Below are positions 6,814 to 16,300 of a stretch of 64,000 nt of DNA, in pieces; position 1 is the first letter of the stretch; every line of letters begins with the position of its first letter. The stretch is taken from the IMG/VR virus record IMGVR_UViG_3300022748_000015, positions 1 to 64,000 of that record. One strand, written 5' to 3'. Origin of the DNA: a virus. The position numbers were made by a program, and so were the translations under genes. The notes beneath the pieces were generated by a model. That model was given only the letters and a program-made list of their open reading frames with translations. It ran no database searches and was not told the DNA's origin.

Positions 6814-7105
6814 AGATTTCCGAGAGGCACTGCCCTCTTCAGGTCTTTTCGATATGCTCGACTGCGCCCTCTCGGTGCGCTCCAATGCTCTTGCAACTGT
6901 TGACGATATTGATCTCATTGTTACCCTTGTTGAGTCCGCCATAAATGTTGTTGACGTTAATATCTCGGCTGACTACGATACCCAGGGATTTCATATCGAA
7001 ATAATCGAGGTCCCTATTTCCATTGCCGAAGGTAAAAAGAATAAGCCAGCCTCTAAACCAAAACCAGCCCCTGCTATTGAAGACGAAGACGACTTCGATT
7101 TTTAG
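6776..7105 (+). CDS. hypothetical acidic protein
   Basis: AAGGAG RBS before ATG6776, in frame with track ORF 6749. Confidence 0.7.
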   Translation: MSTKIKLDVETAEDFREALPSSGLFDMLDCALSVRSNALATVDDIDLIVTLVESAINVVDVNISADYDTQGFHIEIIEVPISIAEGKKNKPASKPKPAPAIEDEDDFDF

Positions 7106-7134
7106 TTGACACGAAAAATAAACCACAGTAAGGT
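7106..7134 (+). promoter_or_regulatory. promoter TTGACA-17-TAAGGT; spacer holds GAAAAATAAA, resembling the A-tract motif
   Basis: Read directly. Confidence 0.7.
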
Positions 7135-7143
7135 AAAGACATT

Positions 7144-7704
7144 ATGACTACCCACATCAAAAAGAATCAGCAGCTTCCGGAATACATCAACGAAGAGTTC
7201 AACATGCTCACAAGCACGGATACTCGTGATGAACTTATTCGCCAACTCCGTAATGCCGGGTGGACCTTGGAGTCCATCTCATCCGCAGCTAAGGTAACCC
7301 GTGAGCGTGTTCGACAGATCTCGAAGACCGCATACGTCACCCCTGAGCTAGCTCCTAAGCTTCTAGTTGAAATCCCAACTCCTCCAGTTAAGGCAGAGAA
7401 GCCAAAGCCAGAGTACATCGAGCCTCACCCAGATACCCTCGCACGTCTACTCGAGCTTCAGCCGTACGCTCAACAGGTTCGTGCTAATGGAACCAAGTAC
7501 CGCGAGGAAGGCGAGGAATATACAGCACTTGTTAACCACGCCCACACTGTTGAAGGTGTTACCCTTTACCGCCTTGCAAAGCGTCTCGGTGTTACTCACG
7601 GTGCTCTGCGCTTCCGCCTTGTCCGCTACGGCTACAAGAAGCCAGTAACTGCTAAGTCAAAGGTATACACCCCGATTGTTGCGGAGAATAGAGTTTCCAA
7701 GTGA
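7144..7704 (+). CDS. DNA-binding protein with two helix-turn-helix motifs
   Basis: WTLESISSAAKVTRERVRQI (sigma70 region 4-like) and VTLYRLAKRLGVTHGALRFRL. Confidence 0.75.
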   Translation: MTTHIKKNQQLPEYINEEFNMLTSTDTRDELIRQLRNAGWTLESISSAAKVTRERVRQISKTAYVTPELAPKLLVEIPTPPVKAEKPKPEYIEPHPDTLARLLELQPYAQQVRANGTKYREEGEEYTALVNHAHTVEGVTLYRLAKRLGVTHGALRFRLVRYGYKKPVTAKSKVYTPIVAENRVSK

Positions 7705-8009
7705 CCGGATTCAGCTTTAAGAGCACTCACACCCTAAACATCGAGCGTCCAGAGCGTTACGTTAAGCAGTTAAACGCACATCTAGCTAATAAAGCAGAGC
7801 TTTACGAGGGTTTTCTACTCTTCCAAGACCTCGGAGCTGGAGAAGCTGAACCTCTAGATAATAAGATTCAGCTCACTGCTTACTCGGATTCCGAAGAAGG
7901 TCTTAACAAGATCCAAAATATTCTTGCTAAGCACCTCTACAAATTTGCAAAAGTGACTGACCAAGACCCTATCTGGAATCTGGAGAAGAAAAATGTTAAC
8001 AATAACTAA
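7701..8009 (+). CDS. DUF2218-family protein
   Basis: RPERYVKQLNAHLANK N-terminus and HLYKFA C-terminus fit the family pattern. Confidence 0.7.
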   Translation: MTGFSFKSTHTLNIERPERYVKQLNAHLANKAELYEGFLLFQDLGAGEAEPLDNKIQLTAYSDSEEGLNKIQNILAKHLYKFAKVTDQDPIWNLEKKNVNNN

Positions 8010-8940
8010 CTCAGCAGGACAACTTGTAGAGCTTGAAGATGTAGTAATTATTGGTTCCGGCCCTGCCGGTTACACCGCCGCTATCTATGCAGCACGTGCT
8101 GGACTGAGCGTTACGGTTGTTGCAGGCTCCCTCGAGCCGGGTGGCGAGCTAATGAAGACCACTGAAGTAGAGAATTACCCCGGCTTCCAAGTGGGAATTC
8201 AGGGTCCAGAGCTCATGGCAAACCTTCAGGAGCAGGCAGAACGCTTCGGAGCCAAGATTATCTATGAAAATGCTATAGATCTTCTCAAAACTGACGATCC
8301 AGCCTACACGGTATCCCTTGAATATGGAGAATTTATCCATACAAAGGCCGTAATTGCCTCTACTGGGGCTGCGTACCGCAAGCTAAACGTTGATTACGAG
8401 GCAGAAAACCGCCTTGCAGGTCATGGAATTAGCTACTGCGCCACTTGTGACGGCTTTTTCTTTAAGGATAAGTACGTTGCTGTCATCGGAGGTGGAGATT
8501 CTGCCCTTGAAGAGGCCAACTTCCTCACTAAGTTTGCTAAGAAAGTCTTCCTAATCCACCGCCGAGACTCATTCAAGGCCTCTAAGGCAATGCAGGATAA
8601 GGTTTTCAACAACCCAAAGATTGAAATCATCTGGAATGCAGAGGTGTCGGAGTTTATTGGCGAGGAAAAGCTAGCCGGAATCACCCTTTCTAATGGCGAT
8701 GCCCTAGCAATTGACGGTCTTTTCGTTGCAATTGGATCAATTCCACGTGCTGATCTCTTTGATGGCTTGGTTGAACTCGATGATCAAGGTTTTATCAAGG
8801 TTAAAGGACGTAGCTCACTCACCGGAACCGACGGTTTATTTGCTTGCGGTGATGTAATTGACCCTAAATACCGTCAAGCAATCACTGCTGCAGCCTCTGG
8901 CTGTGTTGCTGCGCTTGATGTTGAAGAGTATCTAGGGTAA
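7993..8940 (+). CDS. trxB: thioredoxin-disulfide reductase
   Basis: IIGSGPAGYTAAIY (FAD), CATCDG redox motif, IGGGDSALEEA (NADPH), GLFACGDV...YRQAITAA. Confidence 0.95.
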   Translation: MLTITNSAGQLVELEDVVIIGSGPAGYTAAIYAARAGLSVTVVAGSLEPGGELMKTTEVENYPGFQVGIQGPELMANLQEQAERFGAKIIYENAIDLLKTDDPAYTVSLEYGEFIHTKAVIASTGAAYRKLNVDYEAENRLAGHGISYCATCDGFFFKDKYVAVIGGGDSALEEANFLTKFAKKVFLIHRRDSFKASKAMQDKVFNNPKIEIIWNAEVSEFIGEEKLAGITLSNGDALAIDGLFVAIGSIPRADLFDGLVELDDQGFIKVKGRSSLTGTDGLFACGDVIDPKYRQAITAAASGCVAALDVEEYLG

Positions 8941-8946
8941 ATTTAA

Positions 8947-8954
8947 GGTAGAAT
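8947..8954 (+). promoter_or_regulatory. -10-only promoter GGTAGAAT; leaderless terL transcript predicted
   Basis: TAGAAT 8949-8954 ends 6 nt before ATG8961; no SD or TTGAC -35 visible. Confidence 0.55.
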
Positions 8955-8960
8955 AGCCGT

Positions 8961-10376
8961 ATGGGCAAATCAATTATGGAGATTTTGGCTGCTTTGCCGC
9001 CAGATGAGCGTGCTCTTGCACTCCAAGACATGGATCCAGACCAACTTCTATGGGACTGGTCTGTCTGGGGTCGCCCGGAGCAGCAAGCTCCTGAAGGTGA
9101 TTGGAATATTTGGCTTGTTCTAGCTGGTCGTGGTTTTGGGAAGACTCGCCTAGCATCTGAATGGGTTCGTGAGCAGGCAAAATACACCACCACTGGCCAA
9201 CGTCGTTTCGCTTTAGTTGCTCGTACCGCAGCTGACGTACGTGACGTTATCGTTGAAGGTGAGTCTGGCATCATGAATGTTAGCCCTCCTAGCGAAAAAC
9301 CTCTATACGAGCCTTCAAAACGTCGTCTAACGTGGCCAAATGGCAATACTGCCTCGCTTTTTACTGCTGATGAACCTGACTCACTTCGTGGTCCTCAGTT
9401 CACACACGCATGGGGTGATGAGATTGCAGCCTGGAGACAGACTCCAGATGCCGCAGGTATGACCGCGTTTGATAACTTACGTGTTGGTACTCGTCTTGGC
9501 GCTCAGCCAAAGATCCTTGTAACCACTACGCCTAAGCGAACTCCACTTCTTTATAAGCTAATTGAAGAAGAAAAGACCGGTCGAGTAGCAATTACCCGTG
9601 GTTCTACTATGGATAATGCTGGAAACCTTGCTTCTGCCTATCTTGACACCATGCTTGGCGTTTACGAAGGTACTTCCCTGGCTCGCCAGGAGCTTTATGG
9701 TGAAATGTTGGAGGCTCAAGAAGGCGCTATGTGGACTGAAGAGTCCATTGAAGCCGGACGAGAGAGCTACTACCCACTTTCAACTCCTCTACGAGTTATT
9801 GGTGTTGACCCTTCGGTTGCCGAGAACCCTCGAGATGAGTGCGGTATCGTTGTCTGTGCTTCGACCTCGGAGTCTGACCTATATAAGCGCAACGCCTGGG
9901 TTCTAGAAGATGCTTCAATCCACGGTTCTCCAACCGTTTGGGCACAAAAAGTTGTAGAAATGGCTCGCAAATGGGGCTGTCCAGTTGTCGCTGAGGTTAA
10001 TCAGGGTGGTGCATTGGTTAAAAATGCTATCCATACCATCGATCCAAGCATTAAAGTGCTTGAAGTTCACTCAAAACAGGGTAAGCAACTGCGTGCAGAG
10101 CCTATTACCCTTGCTTACGAGCAGCAACGTGTTCACCACGTAGGGTATTTGTCTGATCTAGAGACTCAGATGATCTCATGGGTACCTGGAGAAGGTAAAT
10201 CACCGGACCGAGTAGATGCTTTGGTGCATGCTTTGACCGCACTTCTCATCAAACCTCCTGCTGGATTTACTGGCGGTAAGATCCGAGCTCGTTCTATGTC
10301 CGACAGAAAGATCGGATTACCTCAAACTGGACGCGGATCTACTGGCCGCGGGGCAGGAATCTTCCGAGTACGATGA
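8961..10376 (+). CDS. terL: terminase large subunit
   Basis: Walker A AGRGFGKT, LRGPQFTHAWGDEIAAW, C-terminal IGVDPS...SPDRVDA nuclease motifs. Confidence 0.95.
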   Translation: MGKSIMEILAALPPDERALALQDMDPDQLLWDWSVWGRPEQQAPEGDWNIWLVLAGRGFGKTRLASEWVREQAKYTTTGQRRFALVARTAADVRDVIVEGESGIMNVSPPSEKPLYEPSKRRLTWPNGNTASLFTADEPDSLRGPQFTHAWGDEIAAWRQTPDAAGMTAFDNLRVGTRLGAQPKILVTTTPKRTPLLYKLIEEEKTGRVAITRGSTMDNAGNLASAYLDTMLGVYEGTSLARQELYGEMLEAQEGAMWTEESIEAGRESYYPLSTPLRVIGVDPSVAENPRDECGIVVCASTSESDLYKRNAWVLEDASIHGSPTVWAQKVVEMARKWGCPVVAEVNQGGALVKNAIHTIDPSIKVLEVHSKQGKQLRAEPITLAYEQQRVHHVGYLSDLETQMISWVPGEGKSPDRVDALVHALTALLIKPPAGFTGGKIRARSMSDRKIGLPQTGRGSTGRGAGIFRVR

Positions 10377-10726
10377 AAATACTTCTAGATGTTTTTCCAG
10401 CGCACGTAGTTGCTGCTGCACCAGGCCAATTCGAGTCCGTAGAGGATATTAAGTCAGATCCCCCGACTCCAGGAACGCACTATGTAGGCACCACCCGCGT
10501 AATCATCACCGAAGATATGATTCTGGTTGCTCAGGATAGCCCAGAAGGCGCTAAGATTGTATTTCGGGAGAGATATCACACACTCATCAATGGCGTTGAG
10601 AATAGAGTAATTACCGATTCAGGCAAGATGTTGGCCTTTAAAAAGGACACAAATTGTGGCTGCGGGTCTAGATTACGTGGTTGGAACCCATATAAGACCA
10701 TAAACTCTATAAAGGACCCAGACTAA
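10373..10726 (+). CDS. hypothetical protein
   Basis: Coupled to terL; CGCGS motif. Confidence 0.8.
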   Translation: MKILLDVFPAHVVAAAPGQFESVEDIKSDPPTPGTHYVGTTRVIITEDMILVAQDSPEGAKIVFRERYHTLINGVENRVITDSGKMLAFKKDTNCGCGSRLRGWNPYKTINSIKDPD

Positions 10727-11013
10727 TGCTAGATCTATTCCCATTCCTACTTTTGACCTTAGCCGCGTTCAGAGTTACCCGTTTAATCACAACTGACACC
10801 ATTCTGGAGCCAGTACGTAATAAAATCTGGTCTAAATGGCCGCCAAGTACTCAGTTTGGATACCTTTTCACCTGCAACTGGTGTACGGGAATGTGGGTAG
10901 CAGGCGCAACTATAGGATTCTACGCACTCTTTCCATATCAGACGCTTATGGTATCATTAGTACTGTCGATATCTGCACTCGTTGGGATTATCTCAACCCA
11001 CCTAGATCGCTAA
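10726..11013 (+). CDS. DUF1360-like membrane protein
   Basis: LAAFRVTRLITTDTILEPVR...YLFTCNWCTGMW pattern. Confidence 0.75.
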   Translation: MLDLFPFLLLTLAAFRVTRLITTDTILEPVRNKIWSKWPPSTQFGYLFTCNWCTGMWVAGATIGFYALFPYQTLMVSLVLSISALVGIISTHLDR

Positions 11014-11028
11014 GCACAGGGAGATCCC

Positions 11029-12753
11029 TTGGGAATTTTCAAGAAGAACCAGAACCAGATGCCAAGAGTGGCACCTGGTCCTCAGATTAGAGCAGCTGCG
11101 CCTCGCAACACGACTCCAATCGCACCTGGCGTTTCCATGGACTCGTTCGGAATCATCTACGCAGAGCCTGCTGCATTCAACTCTCCACGTCCACTGACTG
11201 CTGCTGCAGCTCAAATGAAGATTGGCGATGCAAACGAGGCTACCCAGTTCAAGCAACGCCGTCAATCAGCTGCAGCTAGCTGGCAAGCAGAGGCCTGGGA
11301 GTACTACGACGCCATTGGTGAAATTAAGTACGCCTTCAATCTAGTTGCAAACGTTGTTTCTCGCATCCGCCTATACGCTGCTGTTGTTGATGACCCAGCC
11401 GAGGCTCCGGTTTCAGTAAAGAAGTCTTCGACCGTTTCTCAGGAACTAGCAACTGCTGCAGAGCGTGCACTTACTCGTCTTGATTCAGCTTATGGAGGCC
11501 AGGCAGGTCTTCTTAAAGATGCAGCTCTAAACCTTCAGGTTACTGGAGAATGCTACCTTGTTCAGGTTCCAGAACGTATCGGCTCACGCTTGCCCGAGTC
11601 ATGGGATATCCGTTCGACAGATGAGCTCCAGGTCGATGCTCGTGGTAACTATGTAATCAGCCCTATGCGTGATGTTTCTGGTGGATCTTCAAGCCAGACC
11701 AGCAAGAATGCAATCAAGCTTCCTTCAGATGCTTTCATTGGTCGCATTTGGAAGTCTCACCCTCGCTACTCTTTGGAGTCTGACAGCTCGCTACGCGGCC
11801 TCTTAGACCTCTGTGCAGAACTACTGCTTCTTAACCGTACTTTCCGTGCTACGGCCCGTTCTCGCCTCAATGCGGGTGCACTCTACCTACCTGATGGTCT
11901 ATCGGTTGCAGCGTCTCCAGACCCTGACTACCCATACGACGAGAATGGCGAGTATAACGAGCTTTACAACGCTGAAGAAGCAGCTGATGATTTCGAGGAT
12001 CAACTCCTCGACGCAATGACTACTCCGATTAAAGACGAGGATTCTGCCAGCGCTGTAGTTCCACTGATTATCCGTGGTCCATCAGAGCTTGGTGACAAAA
12101 TCAAGCAGTTCAAGTTTGAGCGTTCATTCGACGACTCGCTGGTTGCTCGTGCTGACCGAGTTCTTGACCGCATCATGCAGGGTCTGGATGTTCCAAAGGA
12201 CATCGTTTCTGGTCTTGCCAACGTTAAGTACTCTAATGCTCTGCAGATCGACGAGTCACTCTACAAGGCCCACATCGAGCCAATGATGCTTCTAATTGCA
12301 GATGCTTTGACAGTTGTCTATCTGCGTCCATATCTAATCTCAATTGGCTATGAAGAGCAGGAAGTAAACCGCCTCAACGTTTGGTATGACCCAAGTCTGA
12401 TTGCCACTCGTAACGACCGTGCAGCAGATGCTGACGCTGGTTTCGATAAGATGGCAATTTCATATGATACCTGGCGTCGTACTCATGGATTCTCTGACCA
12501 GGATGCACCAACTCCAACTGAAGTTGCTCTACGCCTGATTATCGAGAAGGGTGCAGTTGATCCTCAGACTACTGCATCAATTCTTGGTGGTATTGCCCCT
12601 GAACTTATGCAGAAGGCATTCAACGCCAACCAAGAAGCCTCTAAGGCTCCAATGCCTCAGGATGTTCTAGATGCTCTATCTGGAAATCCAGGAGCACCAG
12701 CAGCGACAGAAGCTACACCAACATCACCACCACTAGCAGAACCAGGGGCATAA
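11029..12753 (+). CDS. portal protein
   Basis: Follows terL; WEYYDAIGEIKYAFNLVANVVSRIRLYAA actinophage portal pattern. Confidence 0.85.
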   Translation: MGIFKKNQNQMPRVAPGPQIRAAAPRNTTPIAPGVSMDSFGIIYAEPAAFNSPRPLTAAAAQMKIGDANEATQFKQRRQSAAASWQAEAWEYYDAIGEIKYAFNLVANVVSRIRLYAAVVDDPAEAPVSVKKSSTVSQELATAAERALTRLDSAYGGQAGLLKDAALNLQVTGECYLVQVPERIGSRLPESWDIRSTDELQVDARGNYVISPMRDVSGGSSSQTSKNAIKLPSDAFIGRIWKSHPRYSLESDSSLRGLLDLCAELLLLNRTFRATARSRLNAGALYLPDGLSVAASPDPDYPYDENGEYNELYNAEEAADDFEDQLLDAMTTPIKDEDSASAVVPLIIRGPSELGDKIKQFKFERSFDDSLVARADRVLDRIMQGLDVPKDIVSGLANVKYSNALQIDESLYKAHIEPMMLLIADALTVVYLRPYLISIGYEEQEVNRLNVWYDPSLIATRNDRAADADAGFDKMAISYDTWRRTHGFSDQDAPTPTEVALRLIIEKGAVDPQTTASILGGIAPELMQKAFNANQEASKAPMPQDVLDALSGNPGAPAATEATPTSPPLAEPGA

Positions 12754-12754
12754 C

Positions 12755-13216
12755 ATGGCCGATTTTGAACAGAATATTCCACTAGCCGAGCAGCTTGCTC
12801 ACGTTCTAGGCGATACAGTTGTAGCCAAGTTCTTGGCACACGGTTATCACTGGAACGTAAAGGGCTTTGACTTCAAGGAGTTCCACGCTTTCTTTGAAGA
12901 GATCTACAGCGAGTTCGATGATGCAATCGACCCGCTAGCAGAGAACATTCTCAAGCTTGGTTTTGATGCACCATACCTTCTGGAAGATTTCACTACTCTT
13001 ACTTGCATCCAGCAAGAGCGCATTGAGAATGGCTCAGCTAACGAGATGGCTCAGTCGCTACTGAAGATCAACAATGGTGTTGTCGACCACTACAAGGAAA
13101 TCTTCACTACCGCAAATAGTATGAACGAGCAGGGAATTGCAAACTTTGTTGCAGACCAGATCGATCGTCACCAGAAGATCTCGTGGCAGCTACGTGCAAC
13201 CCTAAGCCTGCAATAA
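12755..13216 (+). CDS. dps: Dps (DNA-binding ferritin-like protein)
   Basis: HGYHWNVKG..F..FH.FFEEIY...ID.LAENI ferroxidase motifs; 153 aa. Confidence 0.92.
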   Translation: MADFEQNIPLAEQLAHVLGDTVVAKFLAHGYHWNVKGFDFKEFHAFFEEIYSEFDDAIDPLAENILKLGFDAPYLLEDFTTLTCIQQERIENGSANEMAQSLLKINNGVVDHYKEIFTTANSMNEQGIANFVADQIDRHQKISWQLRATLSLQ

Positions 13217-13230
13217 CTCTTAAAAAGTTA

Positions 13231-13277
13231 AGACCCGCCACGCCTATCAACGATGCGCACCAGGCGGGTCTCTTTTT
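13231..13277 (+). terminator. terminator-like hairpin with a long loop
   Basis: AGACCCGCC 13231-13239 / GGCGGGTCT 13263-13271, then T-tract. Confidence 0.65.
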
Positions 13278-13353
13278 ATTCAAATAAGATATAATCCCGT
13301 ACTATAAACTAATATAGACGCCTTTTACGGATAAGTTTACTCGAAGGATTTTT

Positions 13354-16300
13354 ATGTCCAAGCTTTCATTTGCACAGAAGACCGCTTTAGTTGCAGCAGC
13401 TGGTTTTAATGACGGTGCTAACAAGGGATTCTGGCGCAAGCAGTGGCGTGATCGCCTCGGCAAGTGGGCTGAGATGGGCCGTGGCATTGATTTCAAAATG
13501 CAGACCAAGAGTGGTGTTGTAGATGGCCACGGTGTTTTTATTGGTGGAACCGATAAGCCAGGCTTTGGACGAGTAATGGTTGAAGGCCAAGAGAATAATG
13601 GCCTCCCATCTGGTGTCTATCACATTGCCTCGGCTAATGGTCAGGAATACGCAGCTCGCCTACCAGAGGGTGCACTTAAGGACCAGGGCATCGAGCTCAA
13701 AGACACTATGGGTAACAATGTTGGTGACCGTCAGGCCAGCGACATTCAAAGCCTAGAAGGTACTCAGATTGATCCGATTACCGAGGAAGACCGAAAGCTT
13801 TCTAAGGAAGCTCCAAACCCTGAACAGGCAAAACTCATCCAACAAGAGCGTGATAACTCTCCTGTTGCTAAACTTCCTGCTGGATCAGAGAGCCGCCTAT
13901 CTTCTGAAGAGCTACAAAACCTTATGCAGGGAGACTCTACTGCTACTGATGCCAAAGATTCTCCAGAAGCTTCTGGATGGTCCAAGGGAGAAGCTGGACG
14001 TAATCGTCCTGGCCAGACATACTACTACACCAAGGTTGGAAATGTTCGCCTAGGCGCTTACACCTATCAAGGTGAAAATACTGTTCAGGTTAATGGCGAG
14101 AACTTCACTAACTATTATGACAATTGGTCAGACTTCCAAAAGGATCTCCCTAACTTCCTAGAGCAAGACAAGAAGATGTCTATCGCCGAGGCAAAATCTC
14201 TTCTTAAGCCTTACGACACCGATGGCTCTTTGTCAAAGATGATTGATAACGGTGCTAATGGTACTGATATCGCAACTGCTCTTCTTTCCAATGAAGACTG
14301 GAAAAAAGATTCGCAGATTGCATTTGACTCCAACTGGGCCGATAATCGCACCCGCGAAGAAAATGCAGCTCATAGCCGCACTGGAAACGCTCGCTCAGCT
14401 CAGTTTGTCCTTGACCGTTTTGCTCCAGAGCAGAATAAGGGATCTAAGGAAGATGCTATTGCTGCAGACCTATTCAAGGCAGCCATAACTGGAAATGATC
14501 TTCCTACTATTGACTCTCTAGAGTCAAAGCTCCAGGATAAGGGTTCAGAGCCAGATGATAAGTTCCAGATGGATCCATGGCTATATCAAATCACTCCTGG
14601 ATCAGAGATTGACTACAATGACTACGTTGTTAATCCAGAGAACTCAGATCAAATTCTTAAGGTTAAGGACTTCAACCCTAGCGACATGGATGGAGCTACC
14701 GAAGTTCTCAATGTTGTTGGTGTTGATGAAAATGGAAATGAAGTAACCTTTAAGCTTCCAGAAAATAAAGAATTCCGTAAGGTAATGGAATGGAAGGCAA
14801 AGCCAAATTCCACTCAGGTGGATTCGACTCCAAAGGATATTGCACCAGAGAATGCCGTTTATGTAGCGCTTAAGGATCTCCAAGCTGGAGATAAGTTCTA
14901 CAACGAGAGCGGCGACCTCATGGGAACCGTTGACTCAACTGAGCCTGCTAAGGATCCAGAGAAGATCAAGGTTAACTACACTAATGCATCTGGCGAGAAG
15001 AAGTTAGTCGTCAGCTATGGTGAAAATACCTATGCAACTGACCGTAAGCCAGAAGATAATGCTCAGGCTCCGGAAGCTGCACCTGCAGAACAGCCAACCC
15101 CTACCGAGACCCCCGCAGTAGAGGCCCCGGCTGAACCTACTCCAGCGGTAGAGGCTCCTGCAGAGCCAACCCCTATCCAGGAAGTTGCCCCTACTCCGGA
15201 AGCCCCGGTAGAACCTAAGCCAACACCAACTAACGTAAAACCAAAGCCTCGTGCCAATGATACCGGTAAATTAATCCCTCGCCCTAAGTTCACTGAAGGC
15301 CAGTTGAATCAGCTTCGTAAGACAAAGCTTGAAGGTTTAGTTGATGATACTGGTGCTGCTGTTCTTGAATACGATTCAAATGGCAAGCCTTACCAGCCTA
15401 AGGATCCTAACGCCATGCTTAACTTCTTGGCTAAGGTATATCCAAACGCTAAGTTCAATGATCAAGGCCAACTAGTGCTCATGCGCCAGGTCTCGAACGA
15501 GAATGGCAAGAAGATCCAATGGGAAATCCGTGCAGCAAACTCGGGTGACAAGAAGATCATCTACATGTTTAACTTCAAGGATCTAAATACTGGTCAGGAA
15601 GAGACTCTCATCCACAAGGATGCCCGTGACTCTGTTCAGGCTCTACTAGGTAAAACCAATAGCCCTGAAATGCTTGCTGATATTCTGACTGGAATTGAAA
15701 CCCGAAAGTTTGGTCGTTTTGATACAGCCAATGCTAGAGATATTCTAGAGCGTGCTCATTACTTCACTCTTCAAGGTCGTACCAAGAATATTCGCGATCT
15801 AGTGAATCACTATGCAAATGGTTTTGCTGCCAGATTCAATCCTAAAAATGGTACTCAGCTAGAGGCCGAGGTTAAATCGCTATTCGACTCATTCTGGGCC
15901 GGAGATAGTGAAACTACTAGACAACGTATGCTGGCTGTGTTCGGCAGAATCCCTATGGACAAGCAGTCACACGCAATTGCCCGCAAGGCTCTACGCGATA
16001 TGTTCCGTGATCGTTATCCTCACGAGTCTGGTCGTAAATTCGGTGCTCTTGTATCTACTGCTTCTGCAACAGTTCGCGGGCAGCAGTTTGACACCCCCGA
16101 GACCAGAGCAATTCCTTATTCATCTGCAAATAAAGTTGATGCAGTAGAAGAGGGAATGACCGTTGAGTATACCAACAATATTGGAGAGAAGTCTGTTCTT
16201 AAGGTTATTGCTCGTCAGAAGGTAAATACTGCCAACCCTACTCAGAGTGGCGATATTTTTGATTACGGTGACTACGTAACAGTTCAAGATATGAATGGTG

